In this document: one piece after another, positions 1 through 7,957 of the stretch
Layout: each line of letters begins with the position of its first letter
Position numbering within the stretch: the stretch's first letter is position 1
Origin: Actinomycetota bacterium
GTDB lineage: Bacteria; Actinomycetota; Thermoleophilia; Solirubrobacterales; 70-9
Assembly: GCA_046733315.1 (NCBI GenBank)
Contig: JBKPOV010000055.1
Location: 1 to 46,255 of the forward strand
Length of the DNA: 46,255 nt
Direction of reading: 5' to 3'
Notes under the pieces: generated by a model
What the model saw: only the letters and a program-made list of their open reading frames with translations
Told to the model about the DNA's origin: nothing
The model's database searches: none
Position numbers and translations under genes: made by a program

Positions 1-13
1 GTCAACGTCCCTG

Positions 14-3000
14 GTGCAGGCGAAGCTAGCCGACCGGCCCCAAGAGGCTGCGCTGGCGGCACTGAGCCTCGCCGGTTCCGGGCCTTCCACGGAAGCGGAA
101 CTGGCCATGCTCGACGTAGCGATCGACGGCAACGGCCTCGAGCGAGTCATCGACACCGGCAGCGATGAAGTGACAGCTGCCCTGGTGCTGAAGCGGGAAC
201 TCGTAACCGGCGGCGATACCGGCGTGGTGCGGGTATGGGAGCGCTCGAACGGGGAGCTGCTCGGCGAGACCAAGGCCGCTGTCCCGATCGCGGCCTTCGC
301 CGAGCCGGAATCTTCCTCCCGCTTCTTGGCGGCCGTCGATCGCCGTGGCGCCGTCGAGCTGGTTGACGTGACCGATCCCGGGCGGCCGCGGGTCCTCTCG
401 CTTGGCGCCGGCCTCTCTCACGGCGAACGCCCCTTGGCAATCAGCTTCTCGACGGAACCCAATGAAATCGTCACGCTCGGCGCCGGCGGGGAGGTGTTGC
501 GGGTCAATGTGACGGGGGGCGAGGTGGTTTCGCGCTCCTCGCTGCGGGACTTTCGCGGCAAGCTCCCGTGGAGCGGCGCAAACAGGTTGCGTTTGACCGC
601 CGCCAGGTTCGTTCCCGAAGTCTATGAAGACGATGAGGGGATCCTGGTGGCGACGGCCGACGGGGCCGTGGCGGACCTCGATCTCGCCAAAAGCCAAGGC
701 AAGACCATCCTGCGGGCGGGAGTCGCGCCCGGCCGGGTTCTCAGTCTCGACCGCGTCCCCTACGGGCGACCCGAGCTGGCGGTCGGAACCACCGAAGGGC
801 TGGTTCTCCGCGGCGAAGAAGAATTCGGAGACGAACCCCAAATCGCCTTCGGCCCGGCGGTGCCGGCGGTCGCAATCGGCGACGAAGGCCTACGCCAGGG
901 AGGGCAGGAAGGTCTCTTGTTCGGCGAGTTTTTCGAACGGCCACCCTCAGGTCCGACCGTCCTCCGCTTCGAGCCCGGCCTACACGGAACCGCCGTGATC
1001 CATCCAGGGGGAAGGGTCAGCGTGCTCGGCCCTCCTGGGGTCGGGATCTCTCTCGCCGAAACCTCGACCACCCCGGTCGTGGCCTTCGACCCCGAGGGGC
1101 GCTTGCTGACCGCGGAAGGGTACGACGCCGAACACATCGAAGAGATTCGCGCGGTAAGGCCACAGCCTCGCGCCTTGGAAGACGAATTCCGGGAAGACGA
1201 GGTGGTCAAGACCTACCGCCCGGATCCGGACTGGTGGACCGACGCCAAAGACCCCGAAGCGCTCTACATAGACGACGTCGCCGCTGACGGACCGTACGTC
1301 GTCGCCGGCGGCCAGGACCCGGACGGTAATGCGGCGGTGATGGTTTGGGATGCCGAGAGCGGCAAGCCGCTTCACCACTTGCCTCTTGAGGCTGGCGAGG
1401 TCTCGACTGAGCTGTCGAGCACCATCACCAAGGTGATGGTGCTGCCGGAGCGGCACGAGATCGCCGCTTACTCGGCTCTGCAGGGACTGCTGGCGATCTG
1501 GTCCACCGATACATGGGAGCTCGAGCAGTCGATTCCGATCGGCGCTGCGGGAGATGTCTCAGTCTCCGCTGATGAATCGACGATCGTCGCAGTTGGGGCC
1601 AGCCCCGACGCCGAAGGCTATGTGGACGCTGGCGATCCCACCGACCTCACCTTCATCGATGTCGAGGAGGGCGAGGTGGACGACGAACTCGATGCGAAGG
1701 GGGTCACCAATGCCGCCTTTTCGCCCGACGGGTCGACGCTCGCGATGACCGACCAGAACGGCCTTCTTCGCCTTCGCTCCGCCGACGGTCGCGAGCCTAG
1801 CGGGCCGCTTGTGGATGTGGGTGGCAGTGCGGAAGCCCTGGCTTGGCGACCGGACGGCAAGCTGATCGCTGTGGCGCTCAGCCAGGGGGTGGTCCTCGCC
1901 GACCCGGAGAGCGGCGAGGTCTCCGAGCCACTGCCCCACGAGTCGTTCTCGCCCTCCCCGCGGCTCGCCTGGAGTCCCGATGGGCGCCTGCTCGCGGCGC
2001 TTAACGCCGTAGTCGACGAAGAAGGCGAAGGCTACGACCCCGGTCCGGCTTCGATTTGGACGCTCGACGCGTCGTCCTTGCAACGGCGGATGTGTGAGCT
2101 CGGAGCTTGCCGGGCGGCGCCGGACGGGGCGTCGCTGGAGAGCCAGCTCGAAGACGCCTCGCAGTTGGCTTCGATTGACATGGTCTTCCGCGAAAAAGGC
2201 AACCTCCTGGCCGCCAGCCGCGAGGGCGAGAAGGCGCGGATCGGATATGTAGACGGCGAATATCCCACCCCTCCGCTCGCGTATGCGTGGTCGAAGAGTG
2301 GTCTCACCTGGTCTGCGCCCGAGCAGGTCAGCGTCCTCCTCGCCGGGGAGCAGAAGCCCCGCTCCTGGCCTTGCGCATGCAGCGGCGTTGCCTGGGACGG
2401 GAGGCACGTCCTCTCACTCGAACTGGGCGGACGACGGCTGGTGCGGATCGACCCCGAACGGAAGGGGCTGCGGACGACGCCAACGCACAACTTGCCTCCT
2501 CATGTTCCCGGCTTGCTCGGCCTCGTCGGCAAAACCCCGATCATCGCTGCCTTCGAGCAGGAGCCCGATCGGGGGACTCCGAGTGCCCTGTTCAAGCTCG
2601 ACCCTGATGGAACCGCGGTGAAGCTGAGCGGAAATGCGCACGGCGGCATCTACCTGCGCTGGCCGAGCTCTTCCCCCCGCTCACTCGCCTTCCTCGCCAG
2701 CCTCTCCGGCGGTGTGTGTTACTCCACCACCAACGTCGGCGTCGTCTCCGAAGAAACGAGCGGCAAGATTGCCCTCAGCTTCCCGCCCTTGCCACTGGGT
2801 AAGGAGCCAACTTGGGTCCGTTCTCTCCAGGTGGCCGCTGACGGTCAGGTCAGCGCTGCCATCGCACCAATCGGATGCGACGACGGGCGATACCCCGAAA
2901 ACGGCGTGCCGCTCGCCGAGCGGTATCTGCTCGAGGGAGGGCGGTGGCGGCCAACCGGGGCGAAGGGCTTCGACGTCCAGGTTGCTGACGGCCAGGAGCT

Positions 3001-3109
3001 GGTCGAGGAATCGGAGGAACTGAGCGGACCGGGACAACTCTTCATCGGCAGCAGCGGAGACCGCCGGGAAATCGCCCCAGAAGTCGAAGGTTTGGTGGTT
3101 CGGCCATAA
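14..3109 (+). CDS. WD40/PD40-type beta-propeller repeat protein, probably 5'-truncated by the window edge, with a C-terminal region of unknown function
   Basis: The frame is open back to nt 2, so the N-terminus may lie outside the window. Repeated WD40-like units are present: 'GDTGVVRVWERSNGELLGE', 'AFSPDGSTLAMTDQNGLLRLRSADG', 'LAWRPDGKLIAVA', 'LAWSPDGRLLAAL'. The composition is protein-like, unlike the Arg/Pro-rich shadow frames. Confidence 0.75.
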   Translation: MQAKLADRPQEAALAALSLAGSGPSTEAELAMLDVAIDGNGLERVIDTGSDEVTAALVLKRELVTGGDTGVVRVWERSNGELLGETKAAVPIAAFAEPESSSRFLAAVDRRGAVELVDVTDPGRPRVLSLGAGLSHGERPLAISFSTEPNEIVTLGAGGEVLRVNVTGGEVVSRSSLRDFRGKLPWSGANRLRLTAARFVPEVYEDDEGILVATADGAVADLDLAKSQGKTILRAGVAPGRVLSLDRVPYGRPELAVGTTEGLVLRGEEEFGDEPQIAFGPAVPAVAIGDEGLRQGGQEGLLFGEFFERPPSGPTVLRFEPGLHGTAVIHPGGRVSVLGPPGVGISLAETSTTPVVAFDPEGRLLTAEGYDAEHIEEIRAVRPQPRALEDEFREDEVVKTYRPDPDWWTDAKDPEALYIDDVAADGPYVVAGGQDPDGNAAVMVWDAESGKPLHHLPLEAGEVSTELSSTITKVMVLPERHEIAAYSALQGLLAIWSTDTWELEQSIPIGAAGDVSVSADESTIVAVGASPDAEGYVDAGDPTDLTFIDVEEGEVDDELDAKGVTNAAFSPDGSTLAMTDQNGLLRLRSADGREPSGPLVDVGGSAEALAWRPDGKLIAVALSQGVVLADPESGEVSEPLPHESFSPSPRLAWSPDGRLLAALNAVVDEEGEGYDPGPASIWTLDASSLQRRMCELGACRAAPDGASLESQLEDASQLASIDMVFREKGNLLAASREGEKARIGYVDGEYPTPPLAYAWSKSGLTWSAPEQVSVLLAGEQKPRSWPCACSGVAWDGRHVLSLELGGRRLVRIDPERKGLRTTPTHNLPPHVPGLLGLVGKTPIIAAFEQEPDRGTPSALFKLDPDGTAVKLSGNAHGGIYLRWPSSSPRSLAFLASLSGGVCYSTTNVGVVSEETSGKIALSFPPLPLGKEPTWVRSLQVAADGQVSAAIAPIGCDDGRYPENGVPLAERYLLEGGRWRPTGAKGFDVQVADGQELVEESEELSGPGQLFIGSSGDRREIAPEVEGLVVRP

Positions 3110-3130
3110 AGGGACCGGCCCTGGCTGAAC

Positions 3131-3610
3131 CTAGCCGCCGAAGTGGCGGCGGAGCCGTTTGTGGCGGTGGCGGAAGAACCAACCGATCACGGGGCGCAGA
3201 GGCCTCGCCGGGAGGCCGAGGCGCGGCTGCCAGCGGACGCGGTCGGTGACCACGCACCCGTCCTCCGTCGCCTCGATGGTTCGTTCGTGTTCCCACAGGC
3301 GCTGGCTCAGCATCGTCGAGCGCTCGAGGAAGCCGCGCCCGGGATCGAGGCGCTCCAGCCTGACGTCGTCGTAGTCGAAGGGCAGCAGGCCGAACAGAAG
3401 GATCCAGCTGCGACCGATCGGCACGCCGAGCTCGACGCTCTCCGGATCGAGCTGCTCGACCCCCGGGGGAAGGGTCATGCGCAGGTAGGGGCGCATCTCG
3501 TCGTTGATCCCCTCCGGAGTGATGACGCGCGCCCAGACTTGGTCCGGCGCTGCGTCCAGATGCGAGCAGACGACGATTTCGGCTGACGATTGAGGTCTTG
3601 TTGGGCTCAT
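3131..3610 (-). CDS. SRPBCC (START/polyketide-cyclase-like) family protein
   Basis: 159 aa. The N-terminus 'VVCSHLDAAPDQVWARVITPEGINDEMRP' is typical of SRPBCC ligand-binding folds. It is divergent from the SDR gene. Confidence 0.65.
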   Translation of the reverse strand: MSPTRPQSSAEIVVCSHLDAAPDQVWARVITPEGINDEMRPYLRMTLPPGVEQLDPESVELGVPIGRSWILLFGLLPFDYDDVRLERLDPGRGFLERSTMLSQRLWEHERTIEATEDGCVVTDRVRWQPRLGLPARPLRPVIGWFFRHRHKRLRRHFGG

Positions 3611-3667
3611 GGTCCCCGCAGCTTCAACGTGCCGTCGGACCTTCGTCTCCCGCTAGGGTCGAGGTCG

Positions 3668-4393
3668 ATGAGGACGGCTGTGATCACGGGCGCTTCGAGC
3701 GGCATCGGCGCCGCCACGGCGAGAGCCCTTGCCACCGAGGGTTACCGCACCGTCCTGGGCGCCCGTCGGCTCGACCGCCTCGAGCAGCTGGCGGCGGAGA
3801 TCGGCGGCCAGGCACTCGAACTCGACGTCACCGATCCGGCCTCCGTGGAGTCCTTCGCGGCTGCGACGAGCACCTGCGACGTGCTCGTCAACAACGCCGG
3901 CGGCGCCCTGGGCCTTGAGCCCATTGCCGAGGCCGACGAGGAGAAGTGGCTGCGGATGTACGAATCGAACGTGATGGGCACGATGCGGATGACGCGGGCG
4001 CTGCTGCCGAAGCTGATCGAGTCGGGTGACGGTCACGTCGTCGGCATCACCAGCACCGCCGCGATCGAGCCCTATCGCGGTGGCGCCGGCTACAACGCCG
4101 CCAAGCACGCCCAACGGGCGATGCTGCGGGTGCTGCGCCAAGAGCTGCTGGGACAGCCGGTGCGGGTGACCGAGGTCGCGCCCGGCATGGTCGAGACCGA
4201 GTTCTCGCTCGTCCGCTTCGGCGGCGACGAGGCGGCGGCAGCGCGTGTGTACGAGGGCGTGCAGCCGCTCAGCGCCGAGGACGTCGCGGAGTGCATCCGT
4301 TGGGCGCTGGGCCAGCCGCCCCACGTCAACGTCGACGAGATCGTCGTGCGGCCGCGTGACCAGGCGACCACCACGGACGTGCATCGGCGCTGA
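3668..4393 (+). CDS. SDR-family short-chain dehydrogenase/reductase
   Basis: 'MRTAVITGASSGIGAATARAL' is a TGxxxGxG Rossmann motif. 'NNAG' and 'YNAAKHA' (YxxxK) are also present. I chose the ATG at 3668; the ORF-track start at 3590 adds a non-homologous leader. Confidence 0.9.
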   Translation: MRTAVITGASSGIGAATARALATEGYRTVLGARRLDRLEQLAAEIGGQALELDVTDPASVESFAAATSTCDVLVNNAGGALGLEPIAEADEEKWLRMYESNVMGTMRMTRALLPKLIESGDGHVVGITSTAAIEPYRGGAGYNAAKHAQRAMLRVLRQELLGQPVRVTEVAPGMVETEFSLVRFGGDEAAAARVYEGVQPLSAEDVAECIRWALGQPPHVNVDEIVVRPRDQATTTDVHRR

Positions 4394-4513
4394 GGCATCG
4401 CGGCCGGTTCAGTCGGTCGGCGGCGGCGCCATGAAGCCATCGGGCTCCGGCACCACCATGTTGAAGGCTTCGGAGAGGTCGCGGAAAGATTCGAAGTTCC
4501 GGCAAGGGGTAGC

Positions 4514-4957
4514 TTGGGCCCCATGCCAATAACTCGCATCGCTCTCTCGCTTCCTCTTGTCCTGCTTGCGTTCGCTCTCGCCTCATGTGGCGACGACGAC
4601 AACGCGGAATCGACCGGCACCGCCGGCGGGGGAGGAGAAGCAACCGCGACGACGCCGACCACGAGCGGCAACGAGAGCGCCCCAAGCGGTGAGGCGGTCC
4701 GCTCGGAGAAGGTCGAGATCGTCGACTTCGCCTACGACCCGGATCCGACAACGATCCAGGCCGGCGGCAAGGTGACCTGGATCAACCGCGACTCCGCGCC
4801 TCACACCGCGACCGCCGATGACGGCTCATTCGACACCGGCACGATCGAGCAGGGCAAGCTCAAGTCGGAAAGCTTCAAGCAGCCCGGCACCTACACCTAC
4901 ATCTGCACGATCCACCCCGACATGCACGGCACGGTCGAAGTGGTGCAGAGCAGCTAG
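4514..4957 (+). CDS. Cupredoxin (plastocyanin/amicyanin-like blue copper) lipoprotein
   Basis: Signal peptide with lipobox 'LAFALASCG'. The C-terminal copper-ligand motif 'YICTIHPDMHGTVEV' (C-x2-H-x4-M) and an upstream 'APHTA' His are present. The start may be TTG 4514 or ATG 4523. Confidence 0.85.
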   Translation: MGPMPITRIALSLPLVLLAFALASCGDDDNAESTGTAGGGGEATATTPTTSGNESAPSGEAVRSEKVEIVDFAYDPDPTTIQAGGKVTWINRDSAPHTATADDGSFDTGTIEQGKLKSESFKQPGTYTYICTIHPDMHGTVEVVQSS

Positions 4958-4961
4958 CCCC

Positions 4962-5354
4962 CTAGTCGTTCAGCTCCCCGACCAGCTCGGCGACGCGCCG
5001 CTCGATCTCTTCCCGGGTGGCGCGGACCTCCGCGAGCGGCCGTCCCTTGGGGTCCTCGAGCTCCCAGTCGAGGTAACGCTTGCCAGGGAGGTAAGGGCAT
5101 TTGTCGCCGCAGCCCATCGTCACGACGACGTCCGCCCACTCGGCGTCGGCGGTGGTGAGCTTGCGGGGAGTGCGGGACGAGAGGTCGATGCCGAGCTCGT
5201 CCATCGCCTCGACCACCTCGGGGTGGACCCGCTCGCCCGGTTCGGTTCCCGCTGAGCGCGCCTCGTGCTCGCCGGCCGCTGCCCGTTCGAAGAGCGCCTC
5301 GCTGATCTGCGAGCGGCCGGCGTTGTGCAGGCAGACGAAGAGCACGCGCGCCAT
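4962..5354 (-). CDS. arsC: Arsenate reductase, low-molecular-weight phosphatase (LMW-PTP) family
   Basis: 'VLFVCLHNAGRSQ' is the CX5R(S) P-loop and 'VVTMGCGDKCP' is also present. 130 aa, immediately downstream of arsR. Confidence 0.9.
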   Translation of the reverse strand: MARVLFVCLHNAGRSQISEALFERAAAGEHEARSAGTEPGERVHPEVVEAMDELGIDLSSRTPRKLTTADAEWADVVVTMGCGDKCPYLPGKRYLDWELEDPKGRPLAEVRATREEIERRVAELVGELND

Positions 5355-5414
5355 CAGGCCGGCTGCCCCCCGCGGACCAGCTGGTGGGGAAGGTCCGGCC
5401 GGCCCTCCACGCGA

Positions 5415-5819
5415 TCAGCAGCAGGCCGCAGCCGTGTTCCGATCCGCTGCGATCGCGACCCGAGTGGGGATCGAGAAGACCTCGCGGACCGCGTCCAGCG
5501 CACCCGGCACGAGGCTGAAATAGCTGTAGGTGCCGCGCGTCTCGCGCTTGACCACGCCCGCCTCGACCAGTTGCTTGAGGTGGTGGCTGACGGTCCCCTG
5601 CGAGAGGCCGAGCAGCGGTTGCACCTCGCAGACACAGACCGGCTCGCCGGCGGCCTGCAGCAGCCGGTTGACGATCCGCAGCCGGTGCCGGTCGGCAAGC
5701 GCCTTGAGCACCCCCTCCAGCTTGGTCGCGCGGTCCTCCGAGAGCGAGGAGCCGGCAAGTGGGGTGCAGCATTCGATCAGGGGAAGCCGTCGCACGGAGG
5801 CCACTGTAGCAGGATTCAT
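5415..5819 (-). CDS. arsR: ArsR/SmtB-family metalloregulator
   Basis: 'LKALADRHRLRIVNRLL...EPVCVCEVQPLLGLSQGTVSHHLKQLVEAGVV' is a winged HTH with a CVC motif. An N-terminal Cys pair 'IECC' is present. Confidence 0.9.
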   Translation of the reverse strand: MNPATVASVRRLPLIECCTPLAGSSLSEDRATKLEGVLKALADRHRLRIVNRLLQAAGEPVCVCEVQPLLGLSQGTVSHHLKQLVEAGVVKRETRGTYSYFSLVPGALDAVREVFSIPTRVAIAADRNTAAACC

Positions 5820-5835
5820 CGATGCATATCAATGA
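5816..5835. promoter_or_regulatory. Imperfect 8-4-8 palindrome TCATCGAT-gcat-ATCAATGA overlapping the arsR start codon (candidate ArsR operator)
   Basis: Read directly from the sequence, with one mismatch between arms. It sits in an AT-enriched divergent intergenic region. Confidence 0.4.
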
Positions 5836-5840
5836 AGCTT

Positions 5841-5871
5841 AGTTGAGAAAAAACTGGCTTTTTCCTCAACT
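5841..5871. promoter_or_regulatory. 13-bp-arm inverted repeat AGTTGAGAAAAAA-ctggc-TTTTTCCTCAACT in the arsR / HTH-gene divergent promoter region
   Basis: Read directly from the sequence, with one mismatch. It is strongly AT-rich against the GC-rich background. Confidence 0.4.
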
Positions 5872-5892
5872 TCAATCGGCTATACTTCGCCC

Positions 5893-6591
5893 ATGGCAGG
5901 CGTTGCGGAAAGCTGCAGGCTGGTTGACAGCATCGTTCGGTTGCGACGCGCGGAGCGGATTCCTGAAGCGGCCCCGGAGATAGCCCCGGTGCGCCGCGAC
6001 TTGGAGTCGCGGCTGGGGCCCACGCTTTCGCGCTCGCGTGCGGCGCACATTCTCGGCGTCAGTCAGACCGCGCTCGACCGTTGGGTGTCGGCTGGGCAGA
6101 TCCCGATCGTGCCGGCCCCCTCCGGGCGCCGCGAGGTGCCGCGCCAGTTCGTCGTCGAGTTGCGCGAGGCGATCGACGAGCTGATGCGGGAAGGCCGCCA
6201 CCGGGGCCTGCTCGCGGCGGCGCTGGCCGCGCGGCGTGAGGCCGCCACCGACGTTGGCGGAGAGGATGCTCGCCGGACGCCGTCAAAAGCTCCCCGGGGG
6301 CATCGGACTGCTGACCGGCGTGGCCGCGCCTACCACGCGCTGATCGCCGATCGGCTCGACGAGCAGATGGTCGAGGAGGCGGGGGAGCGGGTCGAGCAGC
6401 TCTTTTCCGCCGGACGCATCCACCCCCGCTATGCCGAGCGCTGGCGTGCCCTGCTTGCCCGACCGCTCGCCGATGTCTCCCGCGCCATCGCGGCGGACAC
6501 CCAAGAGGGCAGGGACCTGCGCCAGAACAGCCCATTTGCCGGTGTGCTCAACGAGCAGGAGCGCCGGCGGATCATCGAAACGACCCGGTAG
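5893..6591 (+). CDS. Hypothetical HTH DNA-binding protein (candidate antitoxin/regulator)
   Basis: 'AAHILGVSQTALDRWVSAGQIPIV' is an excisionase/MerR-like HTH. Its stop lies 5 nt before the next gene's start. Confidence 0.6.
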   Translation: MAGVAESCRLVDSIVRLRRAERIPEAAPEIAPVRRDLESRLGPTLSRSRAAHILGVSQTALDRWVSAGQIPIVPAPSGRREVPRQFVVELREAIDELMREGRHRGLLAAALAARREAATDVGGEDARRTPSKAPRGHRTADRRGRAYHALIADRLDEQMVEEAGERVEQLFSAGRIHPRYAERWRALLARPLADVSRAIAADTQEGRDLRQNSPFAGVLNEQERRRIIETTR

Positions 6592-6596
6592 GGCCG

Positions 6597-7142
6597 GTGC
6601 GCCGTGTCGAGCTCGAGCACGTGCTGCGTGCCGCCGCGGCGGTGGCCGAGGATGAGGAGATCGTCGTGGTCGGCAGTCAGGCAATCCTCGGTCAATTTCC
6701 CGATGCGCCCCCATCTCTGTTGATCTCGCGTGAGGCCGATGTCTTTCCGCGGAATCGTCCCGAGCGGAGCGATGAGATCGACGGAAGTCTCGGCGATGGC
6801 TCTTACTTCGACTCCACGTACGGCTATTACGCTCATGCTGTCGGACCCGAGACGGCCACCCTTCCCGCCGGCTGGGAAGGTCGCCTGGTGTCCATTTGCA
6901 ATGCCAACACAGGTGGGGCAACTGGCTTGTGCCTCGAGATTCACGACCTCGTGCTGTCCAAGTGCGTGGCAGGGCGGGAGCGGGATTGGGAATTTGCGAT
7001 CGAAGTGCTCCGTCACCATCTCGCCGATTACGGCGAATTGCGTCGCCGGGCGCTGGAGCTGCCTATCTCCGCGGCCCAGATCGAGAGCATCCTGGTCATG
7101 ATCGAAGGACTTGCCGTCCGTGCCGAGTCTTCGAGTGGCTGA
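6597..7142 (+). CDS. Small nucleotidyltransferase-fold-like protein (DUF6036-like; candidate toxin or partner)
   Basis: 'EIVVVGSQAILGQF...SREADVF' is a G-S ... ExD pattern as in minimal NTases. The C-terminal 'DLVLSKCVAGRERDWEFAIEVL' is typical of this small-protein class. GTG start. Confidence 0.55.
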   Translation: MRRVELEHVLRAAAAVAEDEEIVVVGSQAILGQFPDAPPSLLISREADVFPRNRPERSDEIDGSLGDGSYFDSTYGYYAHAVGPETATLPAGWEGRLVSICNANTGGATGLCLEIHDLVLSKCVAGRERDWEFAIEVLRHHLADYGELRRRALELPISAAQIESILVMIEGLAVRAESSSG

Positions 7143-7162
7143 GGCGCAATAGGACACTGCGA

Positions 7163-7564
7163 ATGCCAGCCACCCGATTCGACCTTCGCCGCCTGACCGC
7201 GATCTACACCGGGGGAGTGATCGGTGCGCTGGCTCGGGTCGGATTGGCGCAAGCGACTCCCCACGGTCCGGGCGGCTGGCCCTGGGGCACCTTCGCCGTC
7301 AACATGCTCGGGGCGCTGGCGCTCGGTTACTTCTTCGCCCGCCTGCACGACCATCCCGAGGACAGTCTCGCCCACCCCTTTCTCACCACCGGGATCTGCG
7401 GCACGTTGACCACCTTCTCCACCCTGCAGTTGGAGCTGTTCGAAATGGTCGAGGCCGGGCGGATCGCGCTGGCGGCCGCTTACATCAGCACGACGCTGGC
7501 GCTCGGCTTCGTTTGCGTTCGCGGCGGGATCGCGCTGGAGCGTCGGCCTCAGGTCGCCGCATGA
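7163..7564 (+). CDS. crcB: Fluoride ion channel CrcB/FluC, subunit 1
   Basis: 'GGVIGALAR', 'GTFAVNMLGALALG' and 'GICGTLTTFSTL' are CrcB hallmarks. I chose the ATG at 7163; the track ORF from 6896 is an artefactual extension. Confidence 0.9.
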   Translation: MPATRFDLRRLTAIYTGGVIGALARVGLAQATPHGPGGWPWGTFAVNMLGALALGYFFARLHDHPEDSLAHPFLTTGICGTLTTFSTLQLELFEMVEAGRIALAAAYISTTLALGFVCVRGGIALERRPQVAA

Positions 7565-7926
7565 GCGCGGCGGGCTGGATCGCCGTCGGGCTGCTCGGCG
7601 GCGCCGCCGCGGCGGCGCGCTATCTGATCGACTCGTTCTTCGCCTCCCGCACGGACCATCCATTCCCGCTCGGCGTGCTGGCGATCAATCTCGCCGGCAC
7701 GCTCATCCTCGGCCTGGTTGCCGGCGCCGCCCTGAGCGGCGAAGCCCTGATCATCGTCGCCGGTGGGGCGATCGGTTCCTTCACCACTTTCTCCACCTGG
7801 ATGCTCGACTCTCACCGCTTGGCTGACGCCGGTCACGCGCACCTCGTCTGGCTCAACCTCGGCCTTTCACTGGTCGCCGGCTTCGCGGCGATCGTCGTCG
7901 GTCACTGGATTGGAACGACTCTGTAA
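7561..7926 (+). CDS. crcB: Fluoride ion channel CrcB/FluC, subunit 2
   Basis: 'PLGVLAINLAGTLILG' and 'GAIGSFTTFSTW' are present. It has an ATGA start/stop overlap with the first crcB, a heterodimeric pair arrangement. Confidence 0.9.
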   Translation: MSAAGWIAVGLLGGAAAAARYLIDSFFASRTDHPFPLGVLAINLAGTLILGLVAGAALSGEALIIVAGGAIGSFTTFSTWMLDSHRLADAGHAHLVWLNLGLSLVAGFAAIVVGHWIGTTL

Positions 7927-7957
7927 CCGTCCGCGTCCGCCACTACTTTGGATTGCG

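Noticed and set aside
4394-4513. The 120-nt gap upstream of the cupredoxin gene, as a possible copper-responsive element or riboswitch.
   Set aside because: I could not recognise a palindrome, a CsoR/CopY-type box or a conserved structure. It is probably just the promoter and leader.
7143-7162. A fluoride riboswitch upstream of crcB.
   Set aside because: Only 20 nt of intergenic DNA are available, which is too short for the ~50-nt crcB motif. I saw nothing resembling it in 5820-5892 either. This needs cmscan to be certain.
6896-7162. N-terminal extensions of several track ORFs: crcB from 6896, the YhaM-like gene from 7763, DJ-1 from 20865, the methyltransferase from 34740, the SDR from 3590, and membrane protein B from 10764.
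   Set aside because: The extensions overlap well-supported upstream genes and are Arg/Pro-rich. Family-conserved N-termini begin at the internal starts that I chose.
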